Shown here piece by piece: positions 12,501 to 23,249 of a stretch of DNA of 64,000 nt. Every line of letters starts with the position of its first letter. Positions within the stretch are counted from its first letter, which is position 1. The DNA is from Nanobdellati archaeon. GTDB lineage: Archaea > EX4484-52 > GLR71. The stretch is from NCBI GenBank assembly GCA_019429005.1, contig JAHYJR010000001.1, positions 72,663-136,662 on the forward strand, read 5' to 3'. Under the pieces are notes generated by a model. The model ran no database searches. It was not told the origin of the DNA and saw only the letters and a list, made by a program, of their open reading frames with translations. Position numbers and translations under genes: made by a program.

Positions 12501-15500
12501 CATATTTTATATAGACAATAATCTACCTTCCGCAAATATTTACACACCAAATAAAATTTATACAAACAATAATAACATAACACTAAATCTTATGGCACAA
12601 AAAGAAAATGGTAATCTGAGCAATTGTTCATATTATATATATAATTTTACAGAAACTACAAACAGTTCTGAAAAAATAAATATTGAAAAAACAGAATGTA
12701 ATTTTACAGATAATATATTCATGTCATCATGGTATGATGGAAATTATACAATCAATTTTACAGCAATCGATATTTTATCAAATATTGCAACAGACAAATC
12801 TTGGTTCTATTTGGATAGAATATCACCAATTGTGGAACTTGACAATTCAATAAACAATACTTGGACAAAAAATACAATTCCAATTAATTACAATGCAACA
12901 GACTTAGTAAATATATTTGAATGTAAAATAAGATATAAAAATAATACAAATCCTTGGAGTGTATATAAAACAATAGATTGTGGTAATTATAAAACACATC
13001 ATTTTGAAACATCACAATGTCATGACAATGCTATTGCAAATTGTCAAATTGAACTTTATGTAAAAGATTTTTCAGGAAACATTGAAAATCAAAGTATTTA
13101 TATTAAAGTAGATAACAGTCCGCCAAATATCACAATTATTTCCCCTCCTGCAAACACATGGAACAATTCAAACTTTACTGTAACACACACAGAAACAGAT
13201 CCTCAAGGACAAATATGTTCATATAAAATATACGGTACTACAGCATCTAATTGGATGCCCCTAACATGTAATCAAAACATACTTGTTGATGCTGACACTT
13301 ATTGTGCTGGAACAACAAGCCTTTGTACAATATACATAAACTCTACAAATAATGCTGGTACAAGTTTATATGTAGCACGAACATATCAAATAGAAAGACA
13401 ACCTCCTGAAATTACAGAAATAACATTAGGAAAATCAATTGTAAAGGACAATAATATCCTTGAAATAAATATCAGTGGAACAGACACACATAATAATATA
13501 GATACTATATATGCAGATATCTTAAATACTACAGGACATATCGTAAATACAATACAATTCACACAAATTGATACAAATAAATATGGTGGAACTTACACAG
13601 TCTCAGGAAATGAAAACGGACTTTTTACAATAAACATAACTACGAATGATACACTTGGAAACTCAATTTATAATGATAGTAAAACATTCCTTGTTAAAAA
13701 TATAGCACCAATATCATCTAATTATTCATTTGATATTACTACAGATACAATTTACAATGACACAAGAATCATCTATAATAACACAATATTGTTCTTATTA
13801 AACCTAACAGACGCAGTTGGTGTAAATACAGCAACCATCACCTTAAAAACAGACCAATTTGAAACCAACCATACGCTCACACCACAAAATAATAATTATA
13901 TTAATGATATTTGGACAACACAAATCACAACAACACAGATTCAAGGTAAATATACTATATCTAAATTATATATTAACGACACTCTTGGAAATTCAAAAAT
14001 ATTAAATGAAACAGAAATCAACAAAAGTTTCCTTGTAGTTGTACCAAAAACAAATGTACAATTTAATACAAATGAAAAAAATGCGACAAGAAGTGGAACC
14101 ACAAACCAATTAAATCTAACAATTAATTTCAATAAAACCTTATCAAACTCAACAATAACACTTTATATACCACCAAATAACGCATCATACAATAATACAA
14201 ATCCAACATACCTAAACAATTCAAATTTTGTCTGCACCACACAATTCGGAACTTGTAACATTTATAATATTAGCACAAATGAAAACCAAACATATTACTT
14301 AATATTTAATTTCACAGGACCAATTCAAGAAATTACAATTTTAAATACAAACATTTTCTCATCAAATAAACTTCAAGATACTAATTATACTTGGTACATC
14401 AAACATAATGAAAATGAATATAATCAAATAACAAAAATAACTGCACCAAAAATAAACATAACTAATTTAACTTGCAATGATTTAGAATCCTGTCAAATTA
14501 ACCAAAATACAAACTTCAGCATTCAAACATACATCAAAAATGAATATATTTCTGAAAATTATACAGGTGATGCATATAACGTATCAGTTACATATATTCG
14601 TGACAATACCAACATAACAAAAAATATAGGCGATATAAACTCAACAATTCAAAAAAACATCAGCTTTGATGATTTTATTGAAACCCCCGGAAATTATATA
14701 ATAAATATAATTGCAAAAGATAACATAACACAAGAATACATAGATCAAAAATCATATACAATTACAATTAAAGATAAAAATGCACCAAATTGGATTTCAA
14801 CATCAATAAATAAAAATAAAGATTATATAAATAACACATTAACAATCACAACACGATTTTCAGATAATATAGGAGTTACAAATGCATTAATCACAATAAA
14901 AAAACCAGACGGAAATGAAACAAATTACACTATGATTTTATCTGGTTCTGGTTCAATACAGACCGGATATGTTTATAATAATGCTACAGCACAAATAGGT
15001 CTATACAATATTACAAGAATATATGCTAATGATGCTGAAAACAATAAAATGTCAAAAAGTGACTTAAATTTAACATTTGAGATTAAACAACTTGAAATTT
15101 ATTTAAACCTTAATGAAACAATCCTAAATGTAACAAATTCATTAAATATTGAAGCAATAATTAAAAATAACATAACAAATATTGAAACCGTATATGCTGA
15201 TATACTTAAACCGCGAGGACAAAAAGAAACAATAATATTATCACAAACATCAAGTTCGGAAAATAGTACAATTTATACAACAGATTATACAAATATCACT
15301 CAATCTGGAGATTATACAATCAATATAACTGTCAATGCTAATGGCTATGCGACAAACACAAGTGACTTCTTTGTAAATTATGGTTTTTTAAACATTATAT
15401 TCGCAGATGGTGTTGATGACACATTAATGGTACCTGTAAATAGAACATATAATCACAGTATTTATATAATACCACAAAACGGAGATCTTATTGATATTAA

Positions 15501-18066
15501 TTCAATATTATCAATTACAAATCAAAGTGTTATAAATATTACACAAAATGACATATTAAATAAATATATCGGAAACATATCCTATGAAGATTATAAAAAC
15601 GGATATCTTATTCAATGGGACTTAAATACAACAACAATTGATTTTACAAACATTTCAATAAATATAACATCGGTTTACAGCAATAAAACACAAATAATGC
15701 TTATAAATATAACAGAAGAAGATTATGAAAAACCAACAATAAACTCATTTAACTCAATAAACATAACAAATCTTTATGAAATTTTAACAATCACAGTTAA
15801 TGTAACAGATAATACAATTATAAAACAAGTTAAATCTGAAATTACCTATCCTGATAATACAACATATAATTTTACAGGTAATAAAATTAGTCCAAATCTT
15901 TATGAAATATCTTTCTCAAACACAAATCAAACTGGTAACTATTCATATAAAATATATGCAAAAGATATTGCAGACAATGAAAACGAATCTACAATTAACA
16001 AATATTTCAATGTAACAAATGAATACCATATTGATATTATAACAGATTTTGATGCTTACAATAAAGGCGAAGATGTAAATATAACAATTATAACATATAA
16101 CATAAATAATGAAAGTATATCTAATTTTAATACAACATTAAATCTCACCAAACCAGGTAACATAAATGTATCTTTAATAGATAATAAACTAGAAAAAGAA
16201 TCCGTATATTCAATTAAAACAACAGATGCACCTTTAACACTTAATCCTACATTTTTAGCATACACATTAGATGCAAATGTTTCAAAAAATGGAAATATAG
16301 GATATAATACAAAAACATTCAACGTAACAAAAAATCTTGTTACGGAATTTATATCTTTATCAGAAGGCCAATATTTTGCAACAAATTCACAAATACCAGT
16401 TAGTATGAAAATTACAAACATTAACGGTAACGAAATTTATGACGTTATTGTGTCTGCAAAATGCACTAAATGTCTCTACCCTAATATATTACTCACAAAA
16501 GTAACCTCAACTACATACTCTAATCTAGAGCAAATTATTTCGCCTGAAACATATGAAAGTTTTAGTATACTAATACGAGCAACTGATTTTTATGATAATG
16601 GATATGGTGATGAAGATACTGTCGTACTCACAACAATACCACAAACTATAATACAAAACAATAATCAGGGTGGTAGTAGTAGTAGTACAAATAATCCTGG
16701 TCTTTTAGACACATTATTTAATATGTTCTTTGATAATAAAACAGAAGAAAATTATGCAGATTTCACATTTAATCTTAAAAGAGATGAAATTAGCTTGATA
16801 CGAGGTACAGATACAACAATTATAACAACACTTGAAAACACAGGAACAATAGATCTTGAGATTACAAGTTATATCAAAAAAGATTGTTGTGAGGTCACAC
16901 TCGAAAAAACATTCAATATATCTAAAAAAAATTCAATTGATATACCAATTCAAATAGACACGACACTTAATACAACACCGGGAAATTATCTTATAACAAT
17001 TTACATGAAATCTGTAGAACTCGCTAAATCAAAAACAATTAAACTTCAAATTAATGCAAATCCAAATATTGAAAAAATATATGACATTGAATATGCTCTA
17101 CAAAATATTGAAAAAGCAATTGAATTATATAAACGTTCTGGACTTAACACTAAAACAGTAGAAACTAAATTTGAAGAAATTAAAAAAATACTTGATGACG
17201 GAAAAAATGCAATAATAACGGATGATAATGACAAATTACAATTATCTGCAAATAATGCACAAATTGAAATAATGAAACTTCGAATAGAAATTGCAAAACT
17301 TGAAACAAAATGGTTCCTTATTAAAAACAAATGGAATATCTTAGCACTAATATTTTTCATCACAATGTTATATTTGGCATCAACAAGATTTATTATACCT
17401 TATATACTTATCACAAAAGATATACATAACTTAAAATCAAAAGAATTAAGTCTTGCACGTGAACAAAAATCAACAGAAATTGAATATTTCAAAAGAGTCA
17501 TAGATAAAATAACATTTACAAGAATCATGACAACAAAACATGGTGCACTTACAGATGTAAGAACAAAAATAAAATATTTAAACGGATGTATAACAAAACT
17601 TCAACATTTTGAAACATTATCAACTGAAGAACTTGGTGAAAAATATGATTATAAAAAAATGATAAAAGAACAAAAAGAAAAAATTAATAATAAAATTAAA
17701 GAGCTAAAACAGAATATAATTGAAAACATAAATGAAAAAAGAAAACAAATAATAGAAAAAATAAACATCCTTTTGAAAAAGAAATCTTTTGATGACCCTA
17801 ATTATAATAACAATAAACAAACCAAAAAAACAGAACTTAAAACTGATACACAAACAACACAGGCACAAAAAACCGAAAATATAAAACACAATGAAACTGG
17901 TAAAAACACATCAACAAATACATTGAAAACACTCCAATTTGATATGTCTGCTACAAATTCAAAAGACGAAAATAAAAATAATGAAACCACAAAAAACGAA
18001 AATGATCTGGATTCTAAAATGAAAAATCTTGATGATATTTTCAAAAAATTTAAAAAAAATCAATAA
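9595..18066 (+). CDS. Giant (2823 aa) secreted, membrane-anchored surface protein with Ig-like repeats
   Basis: Signal peptide; alpha/beta domain (ILLVDDD..YDIVIWFTG..YLDNGGNLF); many beta-rich repeats ending D-x-x-x-P; many N-x-S/T sequons; GGSSSS linker, coiled coil, TM helix, basic tail. Confidence 0.85.
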   Translation: MSQKKIKKNKKTTFMYLKIISLIIFIFLLILPNTYAQSPGPKILLVDDDHNLYDYDFKEYYITALSSYNYENFTVDSLNNGPTYNQMKDYDIVIWFTGKTSQLSEIITLTTKDETNLIEYLDNGGNLFISSSLLGFDLKDNLPDYTSIFYNNYLQTTYNSVNTYISLTNTNDSVSHNLELNLTQIPINNLQTKIEYNPIRYPNISTVYKSGNIKAAIKTNTETYKVVYFAFGFEAVTTFTGDSKTPSKLRSELMVNIINYLYTPETNSIVIDPPITSGNITITANCYDSEIYSNIKSAEYYIDDDKQSNGNNIQLFASDGTFNNYNESINATTNTSSLTGGEHTIYIHCQDKDGFWGKYDNKTFTVSTDQPITPQITVLDNANGYIKSEITQINISKINNTNTYTVSFSCDNLLFSDENNLYSSDNVKGGVLQPIEIDFHTFIIDTTDSSMGCNQTDGLKTIYLRAKSYAGIENTTHTSDTTILDRVTPEFVYVNVTDPDTYYMAGDNVTIQTNLSEPNLIVVADLSKINTNFSFTQQLNYIENGLYKYTTENLDANEMIEGLKIIKLTATDLAGNVKTNESLQITIDKTEPDTPTMTILNYLGYTLYEKPEITISTIYSENPADYMAFSCDNNYFTPWYPISTSFNQFNTTNTTYGCSETDGNKTIFIKVKDYAGNINAEQNSKSVILDREKPSIDSQLPTNNSNIQDIIEFNTNISEDNVINIFTYNTTESNHISPPAIYKNNTFASYLFTPSWLEEGINNIMLFMNDFAGNIKEYIYSYRIDNTNPITTNNYTFTDWRGTNQDINLTCNDIEGSGCNTTKYCIINNTDPPCTPNTIGMYITINCNQNEACNKKIYYYSTDLAKNYETFKSTNEIKIDKKPPVITINTPENGQTYAATINILTEINDYEIGDISYVSYNINNTIANGTLNESLSWDTTWNSSIYTNGTFNLTVFANDTLGNNITKSIIFYIDNNLPSANIYTPNKIYTNNNNITLNLMAQKENGNLSNCSYYIYNFTETTNSSEKINIEKTECNFTDNIFMSSWYDGNYTINFTAIDILSNIATDKSWFYLDRISPIVELDNSINNTWTKNTIPINYNATDLVNIFECKIRYKNNTNPWSVYKTIDCGNYKTHHFETSQCHDNAIANCQIELYVKDFSGNIENQSIYIKVDNSPPNITIISPPANTWNNSNFTVTHTETDPQGQICSYKIYGTTASNWMPLTCNQNILVDADTYCAGTTSLCTIYINSTNNAGTSLYVARTYQIERQPPEITEITLGKSIVKDNNILEINISGTDTHNNIDTIYADILNTTGHIVNTIQFTQIDTNKYGGTYTVSGNENGLFTINITTNDTLGNSIYNDSKTFLVKNIAPISSNYSFDITTDTIYNDTRIIYNNTILFLLNLTDAVGVNTATITLKTDQFETNHTLTPQNNNYINDIWTTQITTTQIQGKYTISKLYINDTLGNSKILNETEINKSFLVVVPKTNVQFNTNEKNATRSGTTNQLNLTINFNKTLSNSTITLYIPPNNASYNNTNPTYLNNSNFVCTTQFGTCNIYNISTNENQTYYLIFNFTGPIQEITILNTNIFSSNKLQDTNYTWYIKHNENEYNQITKITAPKINITNLTCNDLESCQINQNTNFSIQTYIKNEYISENYTGDAYNVSVTYIRDNTNITKNIGDINSTIQKNISFDDFIETPGNYIINIIAKDNITQEYIDQKSYTITIKDKNAPNWISTSINKNKDYINNTLTITTRFSDNIGVTNALITIKKPDGNETNYTMILSGSGSIQTGYVYNNATAQIGLYNITRIYANDAENNKMSKSDLNLTFEIKQLEIYLNLNETILNVTNSLNIEAIIKNNITNIETVYADILKPRGQKETIILSQTSSSENSTIYTTDYTNITQSGDYTINITVNANGYATNTSDFFVNYGFLNIIFADGVDDTLMVPVNRTYNHSIYIIPQNGDLIDINSILSITNQSVINITQNDILNKYIGNISYEDYKNGYLIQWDLNTTTIDFTNISINITSVYSNKTQIMLINITEEDYEKPTINSFNSINITNLYEILTITVNVTDNTIIKQVKSEITYPDNTTYNFTGNKISPNLYEISFSNTNQTGNYSYKIYAKDIADNENESTINKYFNVTNEYHIDIITDFDAYNKGEDVNITIITYNINNESISNFNTTLNLTKPGNINVSLIDNKLEKESVYSIKTTDAPLTLNPTFLAYTLDANVSKNGNIGYNTKTFNVTKNLVTEFISLSEGQYFATNSQIPVSMKITNINGNEIYDVIVSAKCTKCLYPNILLTKVTSTTYSNLEQIISPETYESFSILIRATDFYDNGYGDEDTVVLTTIPQTIIQNNNQGGSSSSTNNPGLLDTLFNMFFDNKTEENYADFTFNLKRDEISLIRGTDTTIITTLENTGTIDLEITSYIKKDCCEVTLEKTFNISKKNSIDIPIQIDTTLNTTPGNYLITIYMKSVELAKSKTIKLQINANPNIEKIYDIEYALQNIEKAIELYKRSGLNTKTVETKFEEIKKILDDGKNAIITDDNDKLQLSANNAQIEIMKLRIEIAKLETKWFLIKNKWNILALIFFITMLYLASTRFIIPYILITKDIHNLKSKELSLAREQKSTEIEYFKRVIDKITFTRIMTTKHGALTDVRTKIKYLNGCITKLQHFETLSTEELGEKYDYKKMIKEQKEKINNKIKELKQNIIENINEKRKQIIEKINILLKKKSFDDPNYNNNKQTKKTELKTDTQTTQAQKTENIKHNETGKNTSTNTLKTLQFDMSATNSKDENKNNETTKNENDLDSKMKNLDDIFKKFKKNQ

Positions 18067-18187
18067 ATATATCACTTAACATAAACAAAAAAAATATGCA
18101 TAGACATATTAACAAGAAATAATAATAAATATTTTATATAGAACTTTATAAAACGGTAAATATCGAATATAATTCATAGGTCCTACA

Positions 18188-18907
18188 ATGAAACGAATAA
18201 CAACAGGTATACATGGTCTTGATGACAAAATGGAAGGTGGACTTGTTCCTGGTTCGGTCGTGCTAATTGCAGGAAAAGCTGGTACTTGTAAAACCTCATT
18301 TTGCTCTAATTATATATATGAAGGCGTTCAGCGTGGCGAAACATCTGTATATATAACAACTGAAGAAATGGAAGATGAAATTAAAAATGATCTTCTTGAA
18401 GTTTTCGGCTGGGATTTTAGAGAATTTGAAAAAACAGGTCTTGTTCATTTCCTTTCAATCAAACCAATCTTTCCTGAAAAAACACTTAATCCTGGAGATT
18501 ATGCAAAAATTACAAAATTCTATACTTATGATATAACAAAACGTATTGTAGAAGCAGTCAACACAACAAAAGCAACACGCCTTATAATTGATTCAATCTC
18601 CGTATTTGAACTATTTATTAAAGATAAATATATGGCAAAAATTGCATTAATTGGTCTTATGGAGGCTTTGAGAAAAACTGGTGTAACTACAATAGTTACA
18701 GGTGAAATACCAGAATCAAGTGAAGGTTTAAGTAAAAATGAAATTATTGAATTTCTTGCAGATGCCGTAATAAAACTTGAATTTGTTCCCGTATCTGAAG
18801 ATTACAAAAGAACCTTAACAATACGAAAAATGCGTCGTACAGATCATTCAAGTATGATACATCCATTTGAAATAACTAAAGATGGAATAAAAATAATACA
18901 AATATAA
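18188..18907 (+). CDS. KaiC/RAD55-like RecA-superfamily ATPase
   Basis: RITTGIHGLD, GKAGTCKT, RLIIDSIS, KMRRTDH. Confidence 0.9.
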   Translation: MKRITTGIHGLDDKMEGGLVPGSVVLIAGKAGTCKTSFCSNYIYEGVQRGETSVYITTEEMEDEIKNDLLEVFGWDFREFEKTGLVHFLSIKPIFPEKTLNPGDYAKITKFYTYDITKRIVEAVNTTKATRLIIDSISVFELFIKDKYMAKIALIGLMEALRKTGVTTIVTGEIPESSEGLSKNEIIEFLADAVIKLEFVPVSEDYKRTLTIRKMRRTDHSSMIHPFEITKDGIKIIQI

Positions 18908-18950
18908 TCAAATACATTAAAATAAAAGATTTGAAGGATAAATATTCTTT

Positions 18951-19658
18951 ATGGAAAAAACCATAAAAGAAACACAAAAATTACCTTTAAGAGCAAAAGG
19001 TATCACCTTATTTTTTAACGGTGGAATTGAAAGCGGTGTTGTAACAAACATTTATGGTGTCGCAGGTTCTGCAAAAACCTCATTTTCTCTTGAAGCTGCA
19101 GTTTCATGTATACAAAATGGGAAAAAAGTTATATTTATGGATACTGAAGGTGGCTTTTCTGTTGAAAGATTTATGCAGATGACAGATAAAAAAAATCTTG
19201 AAAATATCTTACTTTTCAGACCAAAAGATTTCAAAGAACAAACAACACAAATTGAATCATTTAACTTATTATGTGATAAACAAGACATAGGTCTTATTAT
19301 TATAGATTCACTTGTTAGTTTATACAGACTTAAAAAAAATAATAAAGATTTCTCAGAAACTAATCAAGAATTAAGTAGACAACTTGCAAAATTATCTGAA
19401 ATCTCGCGAGATAAAAATATACCCATTCTTGTTACAAACCAAGTATATACCGATTTTGATACGGGTGAACTAGAGCTTGTAGGTCGTGACATTCCAAAAT
19501 ACGCAAGCAAATGCCTAGTATATCTTGAAAAAATTGGTACGGGTAAAAGAAAAATGACAATGACAAAACATAGATCTATTGCAGAAGGCGTAACATGTTC
19601 TTTTGAGATAAAAAATGAAGGACTTGTAGACATTGAAAAAAGATTCAAAATATTTTAA
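18951..19658 (+). CDS. radB: DNA repair protein RadB
   Basis: No HhH domain; DTEGGFSVERF, TNQVY and the C-terminal KHR motif. Confidence 0.9.
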   Translation: MEKTIKETQKLPLRAKGITLFFNGGIESGVVTNIYGVAGSAKTSFSLEAAVSCIQNGKKVIFMDTEGGFSVERFMQMTDKKNLENILLFRPKDFKEQTTQIESFNLLCDKQDIGLIIIDSLVSLYRLKKNNKDFSETNQELSRQLAKLSEISRDKNIPILVTNQVYTDFDTGELELVGRDIPKYASKCLVYLEKIGTGKRKMTMTKHRSIAEGVTCSFEIKNEGLVDIEKRFKIF

Positions 19659-19667
19659 GGTGTACTT

Positions 19668-20453
19668 ATGCGAAAACTAATAATGCTAAAATTAGGAGGA
19701 TCTCTTATTACAGATAAGAACAAAGCCTATACAGTACGTATGGATGTCATAAAACGAATTGTAAAAGAAATACATAATGCAAGAAAAAAAGGTGACTTTG
19801 ATCTTATTGTTGGTCATGGAGCTGGTTCATTTGCACATCAATCTGCATCAAAATATAAAACACAACACGGTATAATCAATAACGAAAGCTATATTGGTCT
19901 TGCAAAAGTCCAGGATGATGCAGTGAAACTTAATCGAATCCTTATAACTGAATTAATTTCTGCAGGTGAAAATGCAATATCAATACAAGCCTCAAGCTGT
20001 GCAATTTGTAATAATTCAAAAATACTAAAATGGGATACTGAACCAATAAAAGCTATGCTTGACATGAAACAGATTCTTCCGGTTCCTTATGGTGATATAG
20101 GTTTAGACAAATCACAAGGCTGCTGTATTATATCAACAGAAGAAATATTAACATATCTTGCAAAACAACTAGGTTCAAACAGAATCATTCTTGCCGGAAA
20201 AGTTGATGGTGTCCTTGATGAAAAAAATAATGTAATACCTCTGATAAACAAAGAAAATATTTTAGAAATAAAACATAATATTACAGGTTCTGATGCTGTT
20301 GATGTAACAGGCGGTATGTTACAAAAAGTTGAAATTATGTTAGATGTTGCAAAAGAAGGTATTGATTCAGAAATTATAAATGGCAACAAAGAAGGTTTTA
20401 TTGAACGTGCACTTCTTGGAGAAACAAATCTTGGAACTAGAATAACAAAATAA
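19668..20453 (+). CDS. ipk: Isopentenyl phosphate kinase
   Basis: KLGGSLITDK, HGAGSFAH, PYGD, DVTGGM motifs. Confidence 0.9.
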   Translation: MRKLIMLKLGGSLITDKNKAYTVRMDVIKRIVKEIHNARKKGDFDLIVGHGAGSFAHQSASKYKTQHGIINNESYIGLAKVQDDAVKLNRILITELISAGENAISIQASSCAICNNSKILKWDTEPIKAMLDMKQILPVPYGDIGLDKSQGCCIISTEEILTYLAKQLGSNRIILAGKVDGVLDEKNNVIPLINKENILEIKHNITGSDAVDVTGGMLQKVEIMLDVAKEGIDSEIINGNKEGFIERALLGETNLGTRITK

Positions 20454-20468
20454 AAATGATTAAAAACA

Positions 20469-22601
20469 TCATTTTTTGACTGTTTTTGATTTAATTACTG
20501 TTGCTTTTGTTGACATTTTTGGTTTTATAGCCGTTTTTGATTTAGTTACAGTCTTTGCAGTCGTTATTCTTTTACCCCAATTTGCTTTAGTTTCACATTT
20601 TGTATCAAGACACATTTTCCAAGGCTTTTTACCTTTACTTATTATCTGAACAATAGGTGTCTGACATTTCTCACAAACAGTTCCAGTCTTTTTAATCATG
20701 CCAAAACCAGGAAGTGGAAAAATATTATCACATTTTGGATAGTTACTACACCCTACAAAAGGCTTTCCTATTCTAGATTTCATCATTGTAAGATTTCCTA
20801 CTTTACACTTTGGACATTCACCCAAAATATTATCATTAATTCGTTCTTTTCGTACAGAATCAATCAAACTGTTTCCGATATCAAACTCATTTTTCTTAAA
20901 CTGTTCAAGTATTATTGTAAGTTCAGTTCTTGCAGTATCAAGAACTTTTTCGCTTTCAAGTTTATTATCACCTATAAGTTCCATATCTTTTTCAAAATGG
21001 CGTGTTAAATCTTCAGAGATTATTTTCGGACAATATTTATCAAGAGTTTCAATTACTTTTAATCCAAGATCAGTTACTTCTATTCTTTTTTCTACAAGAT
21101 ATCCTCGCTTATATAAATTATTCACAATTTCAGCTCTTGTCGCTTTTGTGCCAAGATCACGTTTTTCTAAAGCTCTTATTATTGATGCTTGATTATATCT
21201 ATTTGGTGGTTTTGTTTTATTTTCAATAAAATTAAATTTAGTAACATCAACCATATCACCAATTTTCATATCAGGAAGTGTAACTTCTTCAAGTTTCACA
21301 TAAGGTGCATATAACTCAAACCAATTAGGTTCAATTGTCCGTTTTCCAAGTACATTAAATTTATGTGTTTTTACATCAAGTACTATTGTCATTGATTCAC
21401 GTATTGCATCAATACCGAAAACAGCAAAAAATCTCTTAACAATCAAATCATAAATTTTGTGTTCACGCCCAACAAGGGATGAAGGTAATTCGCCAGTTGG
21501 ATGTATTGCTGGATGTGCCTCATCTGTCTTTGGACCCTCATTAGGTTTAAGTTTTGTTTTGAGAAGTATGTCCACAATATTAATGTAATCTTTATTTTTT
21601 GACAATTTTGAAAGTATGGATCTGAAATCAAGCTTTTCTGGTAATTTTTGTGAACTTGTTCTAGGATACGATATAACAGCCATTTCATATAATTTTTGTG
21701 CTATAGCTTGTGTGTCTTTTGGAGTTATAGCAAAAAGTTTATGTGCCTCTACCTGAAGATCTGTAAGATTAAATGGTGTTGGTACTTTTTGCTTATATTT
21801 ATTCTTCTCAATTTTTGATACTGTAGCATTATTGCCTATACAATCATTATAGATTTCTTCAGCCTTTGATTTATCCCATATTTTTTCAACCTCATACATT
21901 GCAGTAAATAATTTAGATAAAAATTCAATCTGCCAATAAGGATCTGGTATAAACGCTTTTATTTCTAATTCACGTGCAGCTAGAAATGCTAATGCAGGAC
22001 CTTGAACTCTACCAGAACTCAAAACCTTATAATTGCCTGTACTTTTTATAGCAAGCATAAGTGCTCTTGAAACATTAATACCAAAATAAAAATCTAACAT
22101 ATGCCTTGTTACTCCAGCTTCAGCACGTCCCCTATTAATATGTGGTTTTGCATTATCGTATGCATTTACAAGATCTCCTGAAGTCATTGTTGAAAATTCC
22201 ATACGTTTTGCATCTTCAACACCACAAATATATCTCAATATGTTAAAAGCTATTGTTTCGCCTTCAACATCTAAATCTGTCGCTATAACAAATTCATCTG
22301 CATCTTTTACTAATTTTTTAATTACGTTATAATACTCTTTTGTATATGCTGTTGTTTTGTTAACTTCAAACATAGGTCTCCATTCAACATCAAAAATTGG
22401 GTATGTCCAATTTGTTCCTTTTTGCTTTAATGTAAACAAATGACCAACTGCAGAAACCACAACAATTTTCTTTTTATTACGCTCAAGCTCCATATAACTA
22501 ACAGTACCTACTTTTTGAGTTTTAACAGGACCTTCAGCTATAGATACTGCAATTTTCCTAGCAGCACTTGGTTTCTCTGCAATGATTAATGTATATGACA
22601 T
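20469..22601 (-). CDS. topA: DNA topoisomerase IA
   Basis: IAEKPS, ATDLDVEGE, SSGRVQ, ISYPRT; C-terminal Zn ribbons and Lys/Thr-rich tail. Confidence 0.97.
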   Translation of the reverse strand: MSYTLIIAEKPSAARKIAVSIAEGPVKTQKVGTVSYMELERNKKKIVVVSAVGHLFTLKQKGTNWTYPIFDVEWRPMFEVNKTTAYTKEYYNVIKKLVKDADEFVIATDLDVEGETIAFNILRYICGVEDAKRMEFSTMTSGDLVNAYDNAKPHINRGRAEAGVTRHMLDFYFGINVSRALMLAIKSTGNYKVLSSGRVQGPALAFLAARELEIKAFIPDPYWQIEFLSKLFTAMYEVEKIWDKSKAEEIYNDCIGNNATVSKIEKNKYKQKVPTPFNLTDLQVEAHKLFAITPKDTQAIAQKLYEMAVISYPRTSSQKLPEKLDFRSILSKLSKNKDYINIVDILLKTKLKPNEGPKTDEAHPAIHPTGELPSSLVGREHKIYDLIVKRFFAVFGIDAIRESMTIVLDVKTHKFNVLGKRTIEPNWFELYAPYVKLEEVTLPDMKIGDMVDVTKFNFIENKTKPPNRYNQASIIRALEKRDLGTKATRAEIVNNLYKRGYLVEKRIEVTDLGLKVIETLDKYCPKIISEDLTRHFEKDMELIGDNKLESEKVLDTARTELTIILEQFKKNEFDIGNSLIDSVRKERINDNILGECPKCKVGNLTMMKSRIGKPFVGCSNYPKCDNIFPLPGFGMIKKTGTVCEKCQTPIVQIISKGKKPWKMCLDTKCETKANWGKRITTAKTVTKSKTAIKPKMSTKATVIKSKTVKK

Positions 22602-22721
22602 AATATAGAAATTGTGATGTATATTATTTAAATATGCCTTAAATCTTAGAGTGTTATAATTTAAACAAAACGTTTAGATATGCATTTTAATATATAAGGA
22701 TTACTTAATAAATAAAATATT

Positions 22722-23249
22722 ATGCACCCTCTTTTAGAAAAAATAGAACATTTTGTAGATAAAATAATACCATACTTACTTCTTATGTTGATAACAATAA
22801 CACTTTCAGAAATCTTTATCCATGAAACCGTTGTACATTATGAACATACTATACATTTGATAGACAATTTTATAATTTATACATTTATTCTAGACTTAAT
22901 ATTCAAATACAACCGTGTACGAAATATACCTAAATTCATACGAAGTTATTGGATTGATATACTTGCAGTATTTCCATTTTACCTAACTTTTAGATTTATA
23001 GAAGTCGTAACTACATCACAATTAATTGAAGAAAGTCAAAAAGCTTTACATATCGCAACTGAAAGCGAGAAAGAACTTTCAAGAACGATAAAAGAAGTAA
23101 AAGAAGTTAAACTTGCAAGTAGAGTAAGCAAAATGACAAAAGAAATTAGAATTTTAAATAGGCTGCCTAGATTAATAAAAGCTTTACATTTTTATGAAAA
23201 ACCAAACATAAAAAAGAAGGACCTTGAAATCTGGCTTTCAGTTGATTGA
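22722..23249 (+). CDS. Ion-transport voltage-sensor-like domain protein lacking a pore
   Basis: S2 ID..I...FILD, S3 WIDILAVFPF, S4-like RVSKMTKEIRILNRLPRLIK; no S5-P-S6. Confidence 0.65.
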   Translation: MHPLLEKIEHFVDKIIPYLLLMLITITLSEIFIHETVVHYEHTIHLIDNFIIYTFILDLIFKYNRVRNIPKFIRSYWIDILAVFPFYLTFRFIEVVTTSQLIEESQKALHIATESEKELSRTIKEVKEVKLASRVSKMTKEIRILNRLPRLIKALHFYEKPNIKKKDLEIWLSVD

